From positions 930,001 to 994,000 of the forward strand of contig NW_025766989.1 in the NCBI RefSeq assembly GCF_003918875.1: a stretch of 64,000 nucleotides of DNA, given 5' to 3'. The notes beneath the pieces are model-generated. The model had not been told where the DNA came from and did not search any database. It worked only from the letters and a program-made list of their open reading frames with translations. Every line of letters begins with the position of its first letter. The stretch's first letter is position 1. Position numbers and translations under genes: made by a program. Below are positions 1 through 12,640 of the stretch, piece after piece. Source of the stretch: Haliotis rubra (taxonomy: Eukaryota).

Positions 1-1346
1 TTCTACAATGTGCTTGGTCTTTCAATGACAGGGGGGATTCGATTGGTTTAACGGTTCCCGACCAAGTCGCCAACATATTTATCCCTTTGTCTGGGAATTT
101 CATCAAAGAAATGATAACTTTGATGTCAAGGAAATCGATTTTTGGAACGCACAAAAAATCCACACTGTAATAGCAAGCATGTCTGCCAATAGGTTGGCAT
201 ATTTTTTACCCACGATCTGTTTGGCTAATCGGGTGTGCCATCTACATAATTACAATTTAATTTGATCTCACTGAAAATGACAGTGTGATTTCAGTAAAAT
301 TATGTTTGCGTCAAATAGCTTCCGTATTAACGAAAATGTAATCCCGTAAATCGGTTTTCTTTATATAATTCTTCAGCTTTTATTGTAAGGATAAAGAATA
401 ATTGGCATTTGGCATTGATAATAGTCTTGGTTTTATGCACTTGGTTGCGAAGAAGTAATTGTTTCTGTCCTTCTAGGGATGCTCTGTGGGTTTCGTTTGT
501 CTCTCAAATGGGCATGCTCGTTTTAAACGATGACTCATGTTTGAAATTGTTTGTTTGTTCCTGAATACCTTGTTCTGTTAAGCAGACTCTGGTTTAAGGG
601 GTTGTGGGAGTGGATGGGTGTGGTTTTAGGGGTGGAGTGGCAGGAGAAAAAACATTGCACAATTGCCACCAAAATACGTTTCTTTCACTCCCTAAATAAT
701 TCAAAGAAATTATTATTATATGAAAGTTCCTCTTTACTACGAAATAAATTAGTTATCATATTTTCCGCGATTTCGGCTGACGCGGAATAAAGACTGAATT
801 ACGGAAACGACTTTCAAACCGGAACTACAATCTCGAAAGGGATTTCCCTAACCTTGCAACATTTGAAATATTTTCTAAAAATAGAATCGGGTACACCATG
901 TAACCGACAGCCCTACAATGACGAGGGGCTCTGTTACGAATTAACAATAATCAATTAAACAAACTTTCCTAAGGAGAATAATTCATTGCCGTGCAGTCAA
1001 AACAACCAGACATGATTTTATACTATTTGGTATTGTTATCTTTCGGTAAATGCGACAGAATTGAAAGATAATTATCCCTAGGTGGTACTGTGCATTAAAT
1101 GTTAATGTCGACACAATACTTCAGATTCGTTCATGTCGAAGACCACAAGCAAAGTCGAAAGTACAACTGGTTAAAGTGACGCCAAATGCGCTACTATTTG
1201 CAACACTGGATATATTATATACACATGTGAAGATGCTGAACATTGACTAGGTTCATCTGAATATGCTTTATTGAAAGATTTCAATTTCTATTTGAAATAG
1301 ATGAACATCAGTTTCTTCTTTGAACGACATTTAGATCTGATGCACA

Positions 1347-1431
1347 TAAAGGCGAGAATTTTTTGGATGTCGACTTCTATATTTTGAGTCGACGATGAAG
1401 GAGTAATAATATACATAAATTCTCGCCTTTA
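1347..1431. mobile_element. Small inverted-repeat element (MITE-like) in the NK1 intron
   Basis: Perfect 15-bp inverted repeat taaaggcgagaattt (1347-1361) / aaattctcgccttta (1417-1431), with an inner gtcgact/agtcgac stem. The AGG...CCT ends inside degenerate TTAA resemble Kolobok termini. Confidence 0.5.
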
Positions 1432-1552
1432 CCAGTTTCTTCATTTTACACTATTGCATCTTCATGTCCATTGGGTCTTGTATTAATTAATACAATTTCA
1501 AATAACAACCATTTACCTTACAACAGAGACTGAACGATTTATCAAGTGATAA

Positions 1553-2128
<576 letters not shown>

Positions 2129-2769
2129 CAAAGAAATCACTTTTCTGGATTGAACTGATTGAACTGATGCTAATTGGGAATGATCACGTGACAGCTGATA
2201 AGAACTTTATCAAACGTGGTGAAACAGTGACAATTGTTCATATCGTGTAAAACGTTACACCCGATATGTCTTACCTCAGATGTTGAATATCAAACATTTG
2301 AATATGTAATGTTCATAAGTGAAAATGGCAAACCTGATCACACCAAGTCTCGTGGCGACAAGCCATGCGGCGCCAAGTCTCGCCAAGAAGGGACTGTCAA
2401 ACATTTATTCGGTCCACATGACCAGTGACACACATATGTATAAATGCATTACGTCATTCGTGGACATTGTGACGTCATAGTTGATCTTTACGCCGTGTTA
2501 TGTTTTGCTTTGCAATGAAATGTCTTCCGTTGACCGTAAATACGCCCATTATTGCTATTGGCTGATATGGGGCGACATATTTAATTTTCAGAATGTACAG
2601 ACAAATTTGAAATCTAAGTATTCGATGTACAACGAAATCAACGATTTGTCGTTCAGTCAAATATTCTGTCCCGTTATTGTACATGTCTAATATATATATT
2701 ATTTAACAAAGGTGCTTTTTGTGTTTATATTATTTCTCTGGTGTTTATAATGCGAAATATATTGTAGAT

Positions 2770-2810
2770 ATTAAAATACGTTCTGAACATATATCTTCTC
2801 TTGCTTTGTG
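2770..2810 (+). terminator. Candidate polyadenylation signal of NK1 (3' UTR ~2129-2790)
   Basis: ATTAAA at 2770-2775, CA about 13 nt downstream, then a U/GU-rich tract (tcttctcttgctttgtg, 2794-2810). Not confirmed by transcript data. Confidence 0.5.
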
Positions 2811-4380
2811 AGAAATATTTTGAGAATTTGTAAAACATTTATGCGACAAGGATCTCTGCATCACATCAAACAGTTACATATGTAGAAATGACACTGATGA
2901 ACATATTAAGCGAAACGGGCTTTCGTTTAGGGCGTTTTTGAATCTGTTTTTTTATTATTTTTTGGTTTGTTTTGACGTGGTAATGAGTTATTAATTATCC
3001 ATGACGTGTTATCCTCTGCATCATTACATATGAGATGGAAGTATTTACACTGTCGTAAATCATATTTTGATTCACACCCAACTATCTGGTAAAACGACAA
3101 CCTATGGCCTTTGAAACGATAAACTCGATTTAACTTTTGCCTTATCGATCGAAAGAAACGTGGTGTTAAAACTGACGTGACTAACTGGTAAATTACAATT
3201 ATCCGGAATATAGATTGGACTGGCATCTGTTACGTTCATGTGTTTATACTAATAACGTTAACCTTACGTGTAGACCTTCATTCGAAAATTTAAACAAAGG
3301 CTTGACCATGGAACATAGTTCGCGAAACATATACTACGCAAGAACAGTACTATTATTGATACAAAATTATAAAATGATGTTAAACCAGTATTTCACATTT
3401 TAGAAAACTTACATCTAAATAAAAAGCTATTTTTTAAACTTGACAAAAATTCAATAATTATGAAGAACCGATTAAATCGATTGTACGATTCTGGCTAAAC
3501 AATAAGCATGTGTCTATAAATAGCTATTAAATAGTGGCACTAATGATTATTCACAATAAGGTAAGCTTTTGCATCTGGTGCAGCTGTGGTAAGTCTGACT
3601 AATATGCTGCATCAGTTTGTGGCTAATACTTATACATGTGACCACCAGAAAGAATATTTTGAATTTTCCCCTTCTTTTTTCTGTGGAAACTGCTCGTATT
3701 ATGTGACTAAAAAAATTATGAGAGTTTGGCTCCATCCCGCTTTCGACAAATACTACAGGATAATTCCACAAGAGCCCGTATTTAATTTCACAAACTGTAC
3801 ATAATGAAACATTGTTGAACGTTTTTATCGTCCCAATCAGATACCGGGAGTGCATGTAAGTTACAAATAAGCGTTACGTATAAAAATGTAAGAGTGAAAT
3901 TTCAACATCATATATGAAAAATAATCATTCTATTTCCGTTATACCTTGGTCCAGTTTTTAAACTGGCTTATGATTAATTATACAGTAGTAAACATAATCG
4001 CAGTGGCTTTAAATACACTACCGGGCAAAAATACGATACCGGAAAATTAGATTTGATCACAAAAGTACAAATGTTAAAAGTGTTTTTAGTGTGTAATCAG
4101 TCGCCCAAACGCTGCAAACGTAACTTCCCAAATGATACCCGTAATGCTACGTAACTGTCAAAATCATCCATTTCTTGTTTGTATAATTTTCAACCACAAT
4201 CAAACATGGTTGTGTACTTCACTGTGGTTGATAACGTGAGCATTCAAACATCTTTGTGGAGCATGTCTACGAAGGTTTCTCGCAAACATGATTATTAGTT
4301 TATTAGCGTGGCGCTATAGCTAAGTTTAATTTTGTTAATATACATGAGTAAACGGGGAATTCCCACATGTCCACAAATCG

Positions 4381-5023
4381 GAGTCGTACGAATATGAAAA
4401 TGACTCTTTTTATTGTTTTTATGTAGATACGTACCAGGTAATAGAGTTCTAACATAACCTCAAACGTCTTTACTAGAATTTGTATTTTGTCCACAAGACC
4501 TTACCTCAAGAAATCAAATTTTGGTTTTTGGGCAGTTTAAAGTGTCAGATATAGTACGATTTAGTTTTCAGGAAAATTGATTACGAAAACATGTTATTGT
4601 TTCGATTGCTTGTTTGATGTTTAACGCCGAACTAAGCAATATTGCGATATAGCGATATGGCGGCGGTCTGTAATTATTCGAGTCTGGACCCGACAATCTA
4701 GTGATCAACATCATGAGCATCGATCTACGCAATTGGGATACGATGCCATGTGTCAACCAAGTCAGCAAGCCTGACCACCCGATCCCGTTTGTCGCTTTTT
4801 ACGACAAGCATGGGTTGCTGAAGACCAATTCTAACCCGGATCTTCATGGGTAATTTTCGCAAAACTGGTATCAACACTATTTGATAGTAGTTCATGACCA
4901 CATGCTTACGATAACATAGAGTCGTGCGAATCAGAAAATGACTCTTTTTATTGTTTTATGTAGACATGTACCAGGTTATAGTGTTCTAACATAACTTCAA
5001 ACGTCTTTACTGGAATTTGTATT
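4381..5023. repeat. ~105-bp local direct duplication (4381-4485 and 4920-5023)
   Basis: gagtcgt.cgaat..gaaaatgactctttttattg...aaacgtctttact.gaatttgtatt is present twice with few mismatches. Confidence 0.85.
4606..4851 (-). mobile_element. SINE family B (headless V-domain-type)
   Basis: Matches family consensus acccgtgaagatccgggttagaa...cttgtcgtaagaggcgactaa...gctggaatattgctgagtgcggcgttaaac on the minus strand. Confidence 0.9.
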
Positions 5024-5040
5024 ATATCACACAGTCTTCT

Positions 5041-5303
5041 GAGTGAGTGAGTGAGTTAAAATTTAACGTCACATCGGCAATATTGCAACCATATCGTGAC
5101 GAGAACAGTTGATATCAATAAATGTATACCGTAAAAACCTGTCATCAAAGGACAGTAAAACAACTAGAATATCACAGATATACATGTAAAACTAGTAATT
5201 AAGTCTAAAACATTCTAACTATGGGGGACAACATAATATAAAAACAGGCAATAGATCGCCAACAACTGAAGGTAGATCACCATACTAGGGACCATGGGGA
5301 ACG
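5041..5303 (-). mobile_element. Retro-tail family E (5'-truncated retroposon, possibly a LINE 3' UTR)
   Basis: (ACTC)n tail plus the shared 3' stem-loop; TSD cagtcttctga at 5032-5042 / 5304-5314; homologous to 40467-40790 and 44573-44853. Confidence 0.8.
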
Positions 5304-6233
5304 CAGTCTTCTGATTCGTTCAGAAAGATGCGACTGCCCACCAGTTACATTTGAAAATAATTCTACAATCCAGTACCTAGGAGCTACAAATTAAAGGCTC
5401 TGTTAAAGGCAGAATCGATTGTACGATCTTGACTATATAGCATGTGTTTGTGAACCACCATTGACGAGACGTAGTCAGCTGTGACACTCGCTCCAAATAC
5501 ACATGCATATGCTACCTACGACGTGTGAAATATACACTCAACAAACACATAAAGAAAAGCTGGAAAAGCTACTCTTGAACAGAACTGATTTCTTTTTGAA
5601 ATCACGGCCGTCTTATTTTTCACTCTTGTGGCTGGCGTGAGCGCTTCGTGCTGAAGACAAGGTTGATTACCAATATGAGCGAAAAGTGTGAAGCAATTTG
5701 TTCGTGTCCCCCACGGTAATATTCCTCGGTTATTGTTAAAAACGAGGGGAAAGAAATCACTCTCTTATTTTGCCCATAAACCTGTAGTGAGTTTATGACC
5801 AGGAACATATTACTACATTAAGCTGCTTAATAATCTACCTTGCCTAAAAGGGCTTGCAAGGAACGAGCCTGACTCAGGAGAGCCAGAGGAGCCGCAGATC
5901 AATAATATCTAATCATTTATTGGCCATCAGTTGACGGGATATTAGCATCTGCCATGAGCAAATGTCTAAATATTTAAAATTTTGAGACAGTTTTTTGTCA
6001 ATTAATGTTTAATAGTTTTTTCCGTTTTCTTTCGACTCGAATGAGTGGAAGCTGTTAAACAGCACAGTTTATAAAAGTCCAATTGTATCACGGTGACCTG
6101 TAAAAGTCTGACCGGGCAAGCTAGTGGCTGAAAGCATGAGCATCTATTTAAATGCAAAAGGAGACCCAGTGAGACGGAAGAACCTGAAGCAAGGGGAAGT
6201 CTACATCTGCTTCATTTGGTCTTCTGCATTACA

Positions 6234-6395
6234 GGGGCGGGGGGGTAGCCTAGTGGTTAAAGCGTTTGCTCGTCACGCCGACGATCTGGGTTCGATTCCC
6301 CACATGGGTACAATGTGTGAAGTCCATTTCTGGTGTCCCCCGCCGTGATATTGCTGGAATATTGCTAAAAGTGGCTTAAAACCATACTCACTCAC
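6234..6395 (+). mobile_element. SINE family A (tRNA-Asp-like head, ~160 bp)
   Basis: A box tagcctagtgg, GTC anticodon-like loop (ctcgtcacg), B box ggttcgattcc, tail stem-loop and (ACTC)n. Confidence 0.92.
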
Positions 6396-6852
6396 TTGTG
6401 CGTTAGAGCGAAGGAATAACTGCATCATAAACTAACGCTTAGTCTTTCAGAATATGAAAATTAGATGGTGACAAATAGCGCCATTTACACTGAAAAGCAG
6501 CCCTGGCGAAATGGTAATTTCATGAACTTGAGGATGGTTTAGACTTGCTTCATCTGGGGATTTCTCATTTCAGAAATGAGTGGGCGGAAGCGAAAATGGT
6601 CCAGGGATTGATCACAAACTAAAGGGAACATTTGATCGTGGCATACGATTTCAAAGAGGGTCATGCGACTCTTTCTCAGAAGTTGTTTGAACAACGTTTG
6701 ATCAACATCACCCAAGGCCCCAGGAAAGATTTCACAAGGGCTCATGGTAGACAAGAAGAGGACAGTTCCAAATTTGTCGCATCTGTGACAAATAAAACGC
6801 CAGTCCTGTTTCGATTTGCATCAGATGTTTGTTTTTCTCAAGTGAAAGCTTG

Positions 6853-6950
6853 ACTTGCCCTTGCATGTGTTCGTGACGGGTGTGACCGGTAGGACAGGAT
6901 ATTATCAACTATTCGCGAACACAGGATTTAATCACTAATTAATAGTGATT
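6853..6950 (+). repeat. Old dispersed repeat family F (other copies ~20985-21075, 21705-21785, 53015-53102, 57228-57332)
   Basis: Shared core gcgggtg..accgg..gg.cagg....gct.acc.tttcgcgaacacc.g.tgtcatcacta...tagtgat in five diverged copies. Confidence 0.7.
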
Positions 6951-7071
6951 TGGGCCATTATATCTTTGTGGACCATATGCTAATGAAAGAATTATACATA
7001 CTATCATATACAGACAGATAAAAGAAAGTACACACCCACGTTTGATGATGTCTACAATTGAATGAACAAGA

Positions 7072-7240
7072 GTGAGTGAGTGAGTGAGTTTGGTTATGCG
7101 CCGCTTTTAGCAGTATTCCAGCAATATCACGGCGAGGGTCACCAGAAATGGGCTTCACACATTGTACCCATGTGGAGAATCGAACCCGGGTCTTCAGCGT
7201 GACGAGCGAACGCTTTAACCACCAGGCTACCCTACCGCCC
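7072..7240 (-). mobile_element. SINE family A
   Basis: Full-length copy with a 13-bp TSD tgaatgaacaaga (7059-7071 / 7241-7253). Confidence 0.95.
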
Positions 7241-7271
7241 TGAATGAACAAGAACTGGCTCGATGGTGATG

Positions 7272-7425
7272 TACAGTAAACTTCGTTTATACCAAGCACG
7301 CTTATAACAAAATAACGGATAAAACGAATTTCTTTTTTCCGGAAAATCGAAATGCGTATAACAAACTGCGGTTGTCACGAACTTAAAGTCCCTTTGAGTT
7401 CGTTATAACCGTATAGCCTACTCCG
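7272..7425. mobile_element. Decayed Tc1/pogo-like MITE
   Basis: TA-CAGTAAACTTCG start, repeated ttataac(g)aa motifs and inverse gttcgttataaccg near the right end; related to 17042-17313. Confidence 0.5.
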
Positions 7426-7516
7426 TTTGAACCGGATATACTTTCGGCAGCATTTCATCGACTGTTTCCAGCGGAGTGACGTTTCGAGAATATGTTTCAT
7501 TGTTTGGTCCAAACGG

Positions 7517-7736
7517 TTGGTTGGTTGTTGTTTAACGCCGCACTCAGCAATATTCCAACTATATGGCGGCGGTCCGTTAATAATTGAGTCTCGATCAGAC
7601 AATCCAGTGATCAACAGCATGAACATCGATCAACGCAATTGGGATACGATGACATGTGTCAACCAAGTCAGCGAGCTTTTACGACAGGCATGGGTTGCTC
7701 AAGGCCAATTTTAACCAGGATCTTCACGGGTGTATC
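7517..7736 (-). mobile_element. SINE family B
   Basis: Family consensus with a small internal deletion; TSD tccaaacgg (7508-7516 / 7737-7745). Confidence 0.9.
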
Positions 7737-9930
7737 TCCAAACGGAGTAAAGTTCCTTTACCTGACTGTTCGTGTATGAGGTATGAGGCTGATGGACATA
7801 ATTGTTCACTGACAAACTCGAACCCCGTTAATGGCCTCTGATGGCCTTGGTCGAAACCAGTAGGAGTACATGTCTTTTTAAATTTATTCTAAGTAGGTTT
7901 CATTTCAATATTTCCGTTGCGGTGCCATGTATTTTCCTTAACCGCATTATGTCTGCCTCAGCATATACGTACACTGTACTATTCCCCTGCATGACGAGGA
8001 TGGTTCACACGCTCACTAAGAAGGTAAACATTCAAAGGTGTGATAACCACACATAATCTTAATACATTATATTTTTTAAGTAACGTTTTTCTATCCAAAA
8101 AGGGGAATGATTTTCTGGAACTGTCATCGTTCTAATTATAGACGAGGCTCCACGGAGGCGAAAATCCCACGAATTGTACCCAATAATCAAATAAGGGTAT
8201 TAAAATAATTAGCATGGCGAAATCAATTTCTCTGGTCGTAATGGAAAGCGATACAAGTAATTTTATTTCCCGGTTAGTGAATAGCCACCTCACATTATCG
8301 TGTTCGGGGAGGCAACGATTGTCCGCTTATTAATGCTTACAAGTTGATGTTTGGCGAGCACAAACAGGCTGGTGATTTCTGTCACTATCGTCAAAGCAGA
8401 ACCATCAAAGCCGTTTGCAGGGGCCGTTTAGGCTACACTTAGCTGTAACGTTGGACGTTAATGGTGTTAGGCTTGTCGTGTGAGCAGTATAATTGCTGAG
8501 CGATGGCATGGGCATTGCGAGACCCGCCATTAAGCGTGAGTTGTCTTTCGCGAGCAGGTGCACAAGAAAGGCCAAGGGCTTTGTGTGCCACGAGCATGAT
8601 GCTTAGTCCCAACTGGGTCTCCCACGAGGGAATTCCCACACGAAGAAGTTAGAAGCCCTTGATAATCAGGAGAATCAGGATGCATTGTGAGTTGGTATTG
8701 TCTCATAATGGCTTTTGAAAGAGAGAGGGGCAGCATGTCTTCGTGGCCATTTTTCTTGACGTTTCATTCTCACGGCTAACTGGCATTTGGTCCGAATGAG
8801 CGCGCCTCAATTGTATATTTATAATCCGTTAATTAGAGTTGTCAGTCTCCAAACGTTGTTAGCATGTGGCAATGGCTTGCTTTAGTCCCCCAAAGTGGGA
8901 TCTCCTATTATAAATAATAACAATGAGCATTGTCTTTAGAAACAACGAGCCGTCTCCTCGAAGCTCTTCATCCGGGTACTAGCACATGGTGGCACCGACG
9001 GTTTTCATAACAGGTCACGTGGTTTCTAAACCTGGAACTTGATTCCACTTAAAGATTATATGAATCATATGCCGTAGTGACGGCTGAAATTGTTAAATAA
9101 TTTGACATGAAATTATCAATCTTTCTTCAGTGTCAATTTCAAAGAAATAGAAGATTAAATATTGTGAAGTTGGGTGGAAACAAGGTACTTTAATATGTAG
9201 CACAATAAAGGACAGGTTATTATAATGCAGCAAAAAAACGTTCCATCATAAAACAATTTCATTAAGTGTTAACTTTGAGAACGTTTACAATGGCAAATTC
9301 TAATTTCTTAAATTAATTCATTTTTACATGCAAAACCCTGCATTCGTCGTTGAGTACACCATTACTCATCTTTGTTGAAAAAGCTGTCTGTATTAATTTC
9401 ATATAATAACACACAATGGATTTGGCGTTAAAATGTTCCACCTAACTAACCAAGCAAGTAATAGCATAACTTATGATTATGGATTAATAACAATGAATTT
9501 TAATGACTGAAGAGATATTTATATACTTATTGTTTATACAATAATACTTTTTGCCATCAAAATATGAATGTGTATGGCCGTTTAAAGAACACAACATATG
9601 AAGGTAAAATGTATTTGTGAAATCATTCCGAAACCTCACCTCAAATCTACTCAGCTTAAATTTACTAAATCGTCAATCTATTTTCATCTTTAGAAACTAG
9701 GAATGAAGAATACGTTTGTTTTGATTTCTGATGCAAATATAGAAGCTGGGGATATTTTAGTGTACTGTCGATGATTCGGATGCAGTTGAGAAAAATAATA
9801 AAATGAGTTCTGTAATGATCAGTCAACAAACAGTTTAAAAAAAATATAGACAAATATTGTTATATATGTATACATATTTATGCAAGGCAGATCGTAACAA
9901 ACATTACCTTTATAAATCCTCTTGCCAAAA

Positions 9931-10435
9931 TTGATTGATTGATTGTTGTTTAACGCCGCACACAGTAATATTCCAGCTATATGCGGCGGTCTCTAAATAA
10001 TCGAGTCTGGACCAGACAATCCAGTGATCAACATCATGAGCATCGATCTACGCAATTGGGATCTGATGACACGTGTCAACAGAACAGGACAGAACATAAC
10101 AAGCTGTTATTACGCTCAGGCCGGGACACTCGGCAGAAGAGGTACAAATATACAGTTGAGAATGCAAGAATGGTTTATAAGGAAGTTTGTGCAGTTTTCA
10201 TGATAGTGAAAAATATACACAGTTTGTTTTAAAACACTAATTCGTTTACAGTTAAACAATTCGTTAAATCTTAAAACACTGGGTTTTTTTAACATAATGG
10301 TTTGGGATATAAGTTTTCCGATGATGTTTGATGAAAGGGCAGTGAAAAATCAAGTCAGTGAGCCTGACCACCCGATCCCGTTAGTCGCCACTTTCGACAA
10401 GCATGGGTTACTGAAGGCCAATTGTAACCCGGACC
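9931..10435 (-). mobile_element. SINE family B split by a ~270-bp unrelated insertion (10081-10349)
   Basis: Consensus ...gtgtcaac|caagtcag... is interrupted: left part 9931-10080, right part 10350-10435. Confidence 0.8.
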
Positions 10436-10667
10436 GGACCATAGTGCCTTTTAAAATAAATTCCCACTTAATTTGCGTACATAAATGTGGTAGGGCAACA
10501 TTTTAACTTCTTCACTGAAATGTATTAGTTTGAGCTGCTTGCTCATCAGACGGTTGAGACAGGTTATCAATGAATGATCCGAGCTGTTGTAATAGCGTCC
10601 TGGCGTCTTCATCCTCATGGAACACTTGTAGTCCCCAGTCCAGACTGACGCTCCATTTAAACTGAAA

Positions 10668-10846
10668 GAGTGAGTGAGTGAGTTTAGTTTTACGCCGCAC
10701 TCAGCAATATTCCAGCTATATGGCGGCGGTCTGTATGACATGTGTCAACCAAGTCAGCGAGCCTGACCACCTGATCCCGTTAGTCGCCTCTTACGACAAG
10801 CATGGATTACTGAAAATCAATATTCTAACCCGGATCTTCACGGGTG
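10668..10846 (-). mobile_element. SINE family B, internally deleted, (ACTC)n tail
   Basis: TSD ttaaactgaaa (10657-10667 / 10847-10857) directly abuts the acccgtgaagatcc 5' end. Confidence 0.9.
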
Positions 10847-10879
10847 TTAAACTGAAAAAGTAAACCACGTGAGAAGCAA

Positions 10880-11435
10880 GCTTCAGATCTTGTACCTTAC
10901 TTAAATATAGACTGGTTTCATTTAGGGATTTAGGAAGTTCTCAGTCAAAGCTTATGCTTAGTCTCTATACATATATAATTATGATAGAAACAAATAAAAC
11001 CATTGAAAGTAGAAAAGGAAACCCAGTGGGAAAGATGATTCAAATCTTGTACCTTACACGAATATAGACTAGTTTCATGTAGGGAGTTTGCATGACAGAA
11101 AAGGCCTTCGTCTGGATTTATGCTTCGTTTATAAATGTATATGCTTGTGATAGAAATTAACACAAATAACTAAATTTAAACTGAGAAAGGAAACCCAGTG
11201 AAAAATGATCTTCAGATCTTGTACCTTACTCAAATATAGACTAGTTTCATTAAGGGATTTTGCATGACAGGAAGTTGCCCAGTCAAGTCTTCTGCTTAGT
11301 CTATCAAAATATATACAATTTTGACAGCAACATATTATAGTTACATTCAAACTGAATGGGGACGCAGTCAGATTCAGATCTTGTACATCATACAAATCTA
11401 GACTACTTTCATTTAGGACTTCTGCAAGACAGAAA
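10880..11435. repeat. Diverged tandem repeat, ~160-170-bp unit x ~3.5
   Basis: ttcagatcttgtacctta...atatagact.gtttcat recurs at ~10882, 11039, 11211 and 11373. Confidence 0.85.
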
Positions 11436-11596
11436 GAGGCTGGCCGGAAGGAGACGTAATATTGTTCATCGACTGCGAGACTTTCCAGAGACCAGACTTG
11501 CCAGAGGCGAGACTTTCTAGTTCGGCTATTTGGAAGGTAGCTCTATTTCTTCAAAAGCCAGCGCTCCCCCGATAGCCAATAAACTTTAAACCTTAA

Positions 11597-11890
11597 GATC
11601 CAGAATTTATTGAAATCAAAATTACATAATTCGAATGAAAAGGATTGAATCTATTTTCACATGATGAATATTAATTTGTTTGATGAACACTGCTAAGTCT
11701 CGACAGTTAGATTGCCCATTTTGCAACGATGTTTACTTTTTCTATATGAGCTTCTGCTCCTCCGACACTAAATAAGCTTGGCTATGATCCAGAATTTATC
11801 AAACCTAAATTGGAGAAGAATGAATGGATTTTCACATGATTACTGATTTGTTTGATGAGTTCTGCTAACTGTCGACGGTGTTGCAATGAT
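11597..11890. repeat. Diverged direct duplication (~190-bp period)
   Basis: gatccagaatttat...ttttcacatgat...atttgtttgatga...ctgctaa...tcgac at 11597 and 11786. Confidence 0.7.
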
Positions 11891-12278
11891 TGTCCATCTA
11901 GCCCAATGACCATAAGGCAATTAACATGTGGAAGATAGCAAGATTAATTATATGAGGCATAATCTGAGGCATATATTAATCCAGGACAGAAGACTTTCAG
12001 AGTGAAATTTATCATCCTTGTCTCGTCGTTAATTCCATCCAAAGGAATGTCTGTCATCCATTTTATTATGACAATACAGACCACTGGTATAACTGAAGTT
12101 GGTCCTGCCAATCCACCAGCTCTTTGGAGACGAAACGCGAATATATGCTGTTTGTACACATAGTCTGATTTCAAATAATAAGAATGGGAATGAGCAGTCT
12201 ATGAAGTCGGATCATGATGTATCTACCCACATGTAGTGCCTATATACACATTATAGAACACACTTTATGGATAACAAC

Positions 12279-12310
<32 letters not shown>

Positions 12311-12584
12311 TAAAAAATAAAAAAAAATAGAAAGAAGTTGTCATCCATAAAGTGTGTTCTATATTGTACTTCCCAACTTCTAAAAATGCCACTCAAAGAA
12401 GTTATATACACATTCTGAAAATCAGACAGACAGCATATGCAAACTGGGTAAAGACCATAACGATCCCACCTACCTAAAACACCACGACCAGTCCGATACC
12501 CTCCGCCCAACGCCTCTTGCACATTTTATATTAAGTGCAATGAACACACCTACCCATCATCTCACACCTCACGTCCCGGACGTA

Positions 12585-12640
12585 CATGCACATACACACC
12601 CACACACACCCACACACACACACACGCACACACAACCAAC
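12585..12640. repeat. Imperfect (CA)n microsatellite (poly-A tract nearby at 12285-12328)
   Basis: Seen directly. Confidence 0.9.

Noticed and set aside
4568-4768. Recurrent short ORFs (e.g. LTWLTH.IVSQLRRS, STWVQCVKPISG, GTTRTGRLGVS)
   Set aside because: Translations of SINE families A-C, not genes.
6234-6310. tRNA-Asp gene (and other tRNA-like heads)
   Set aside because: No intact acceptor stem, and each continues into a multi-copy body and tail, often with TSDs: these are SINE heads.
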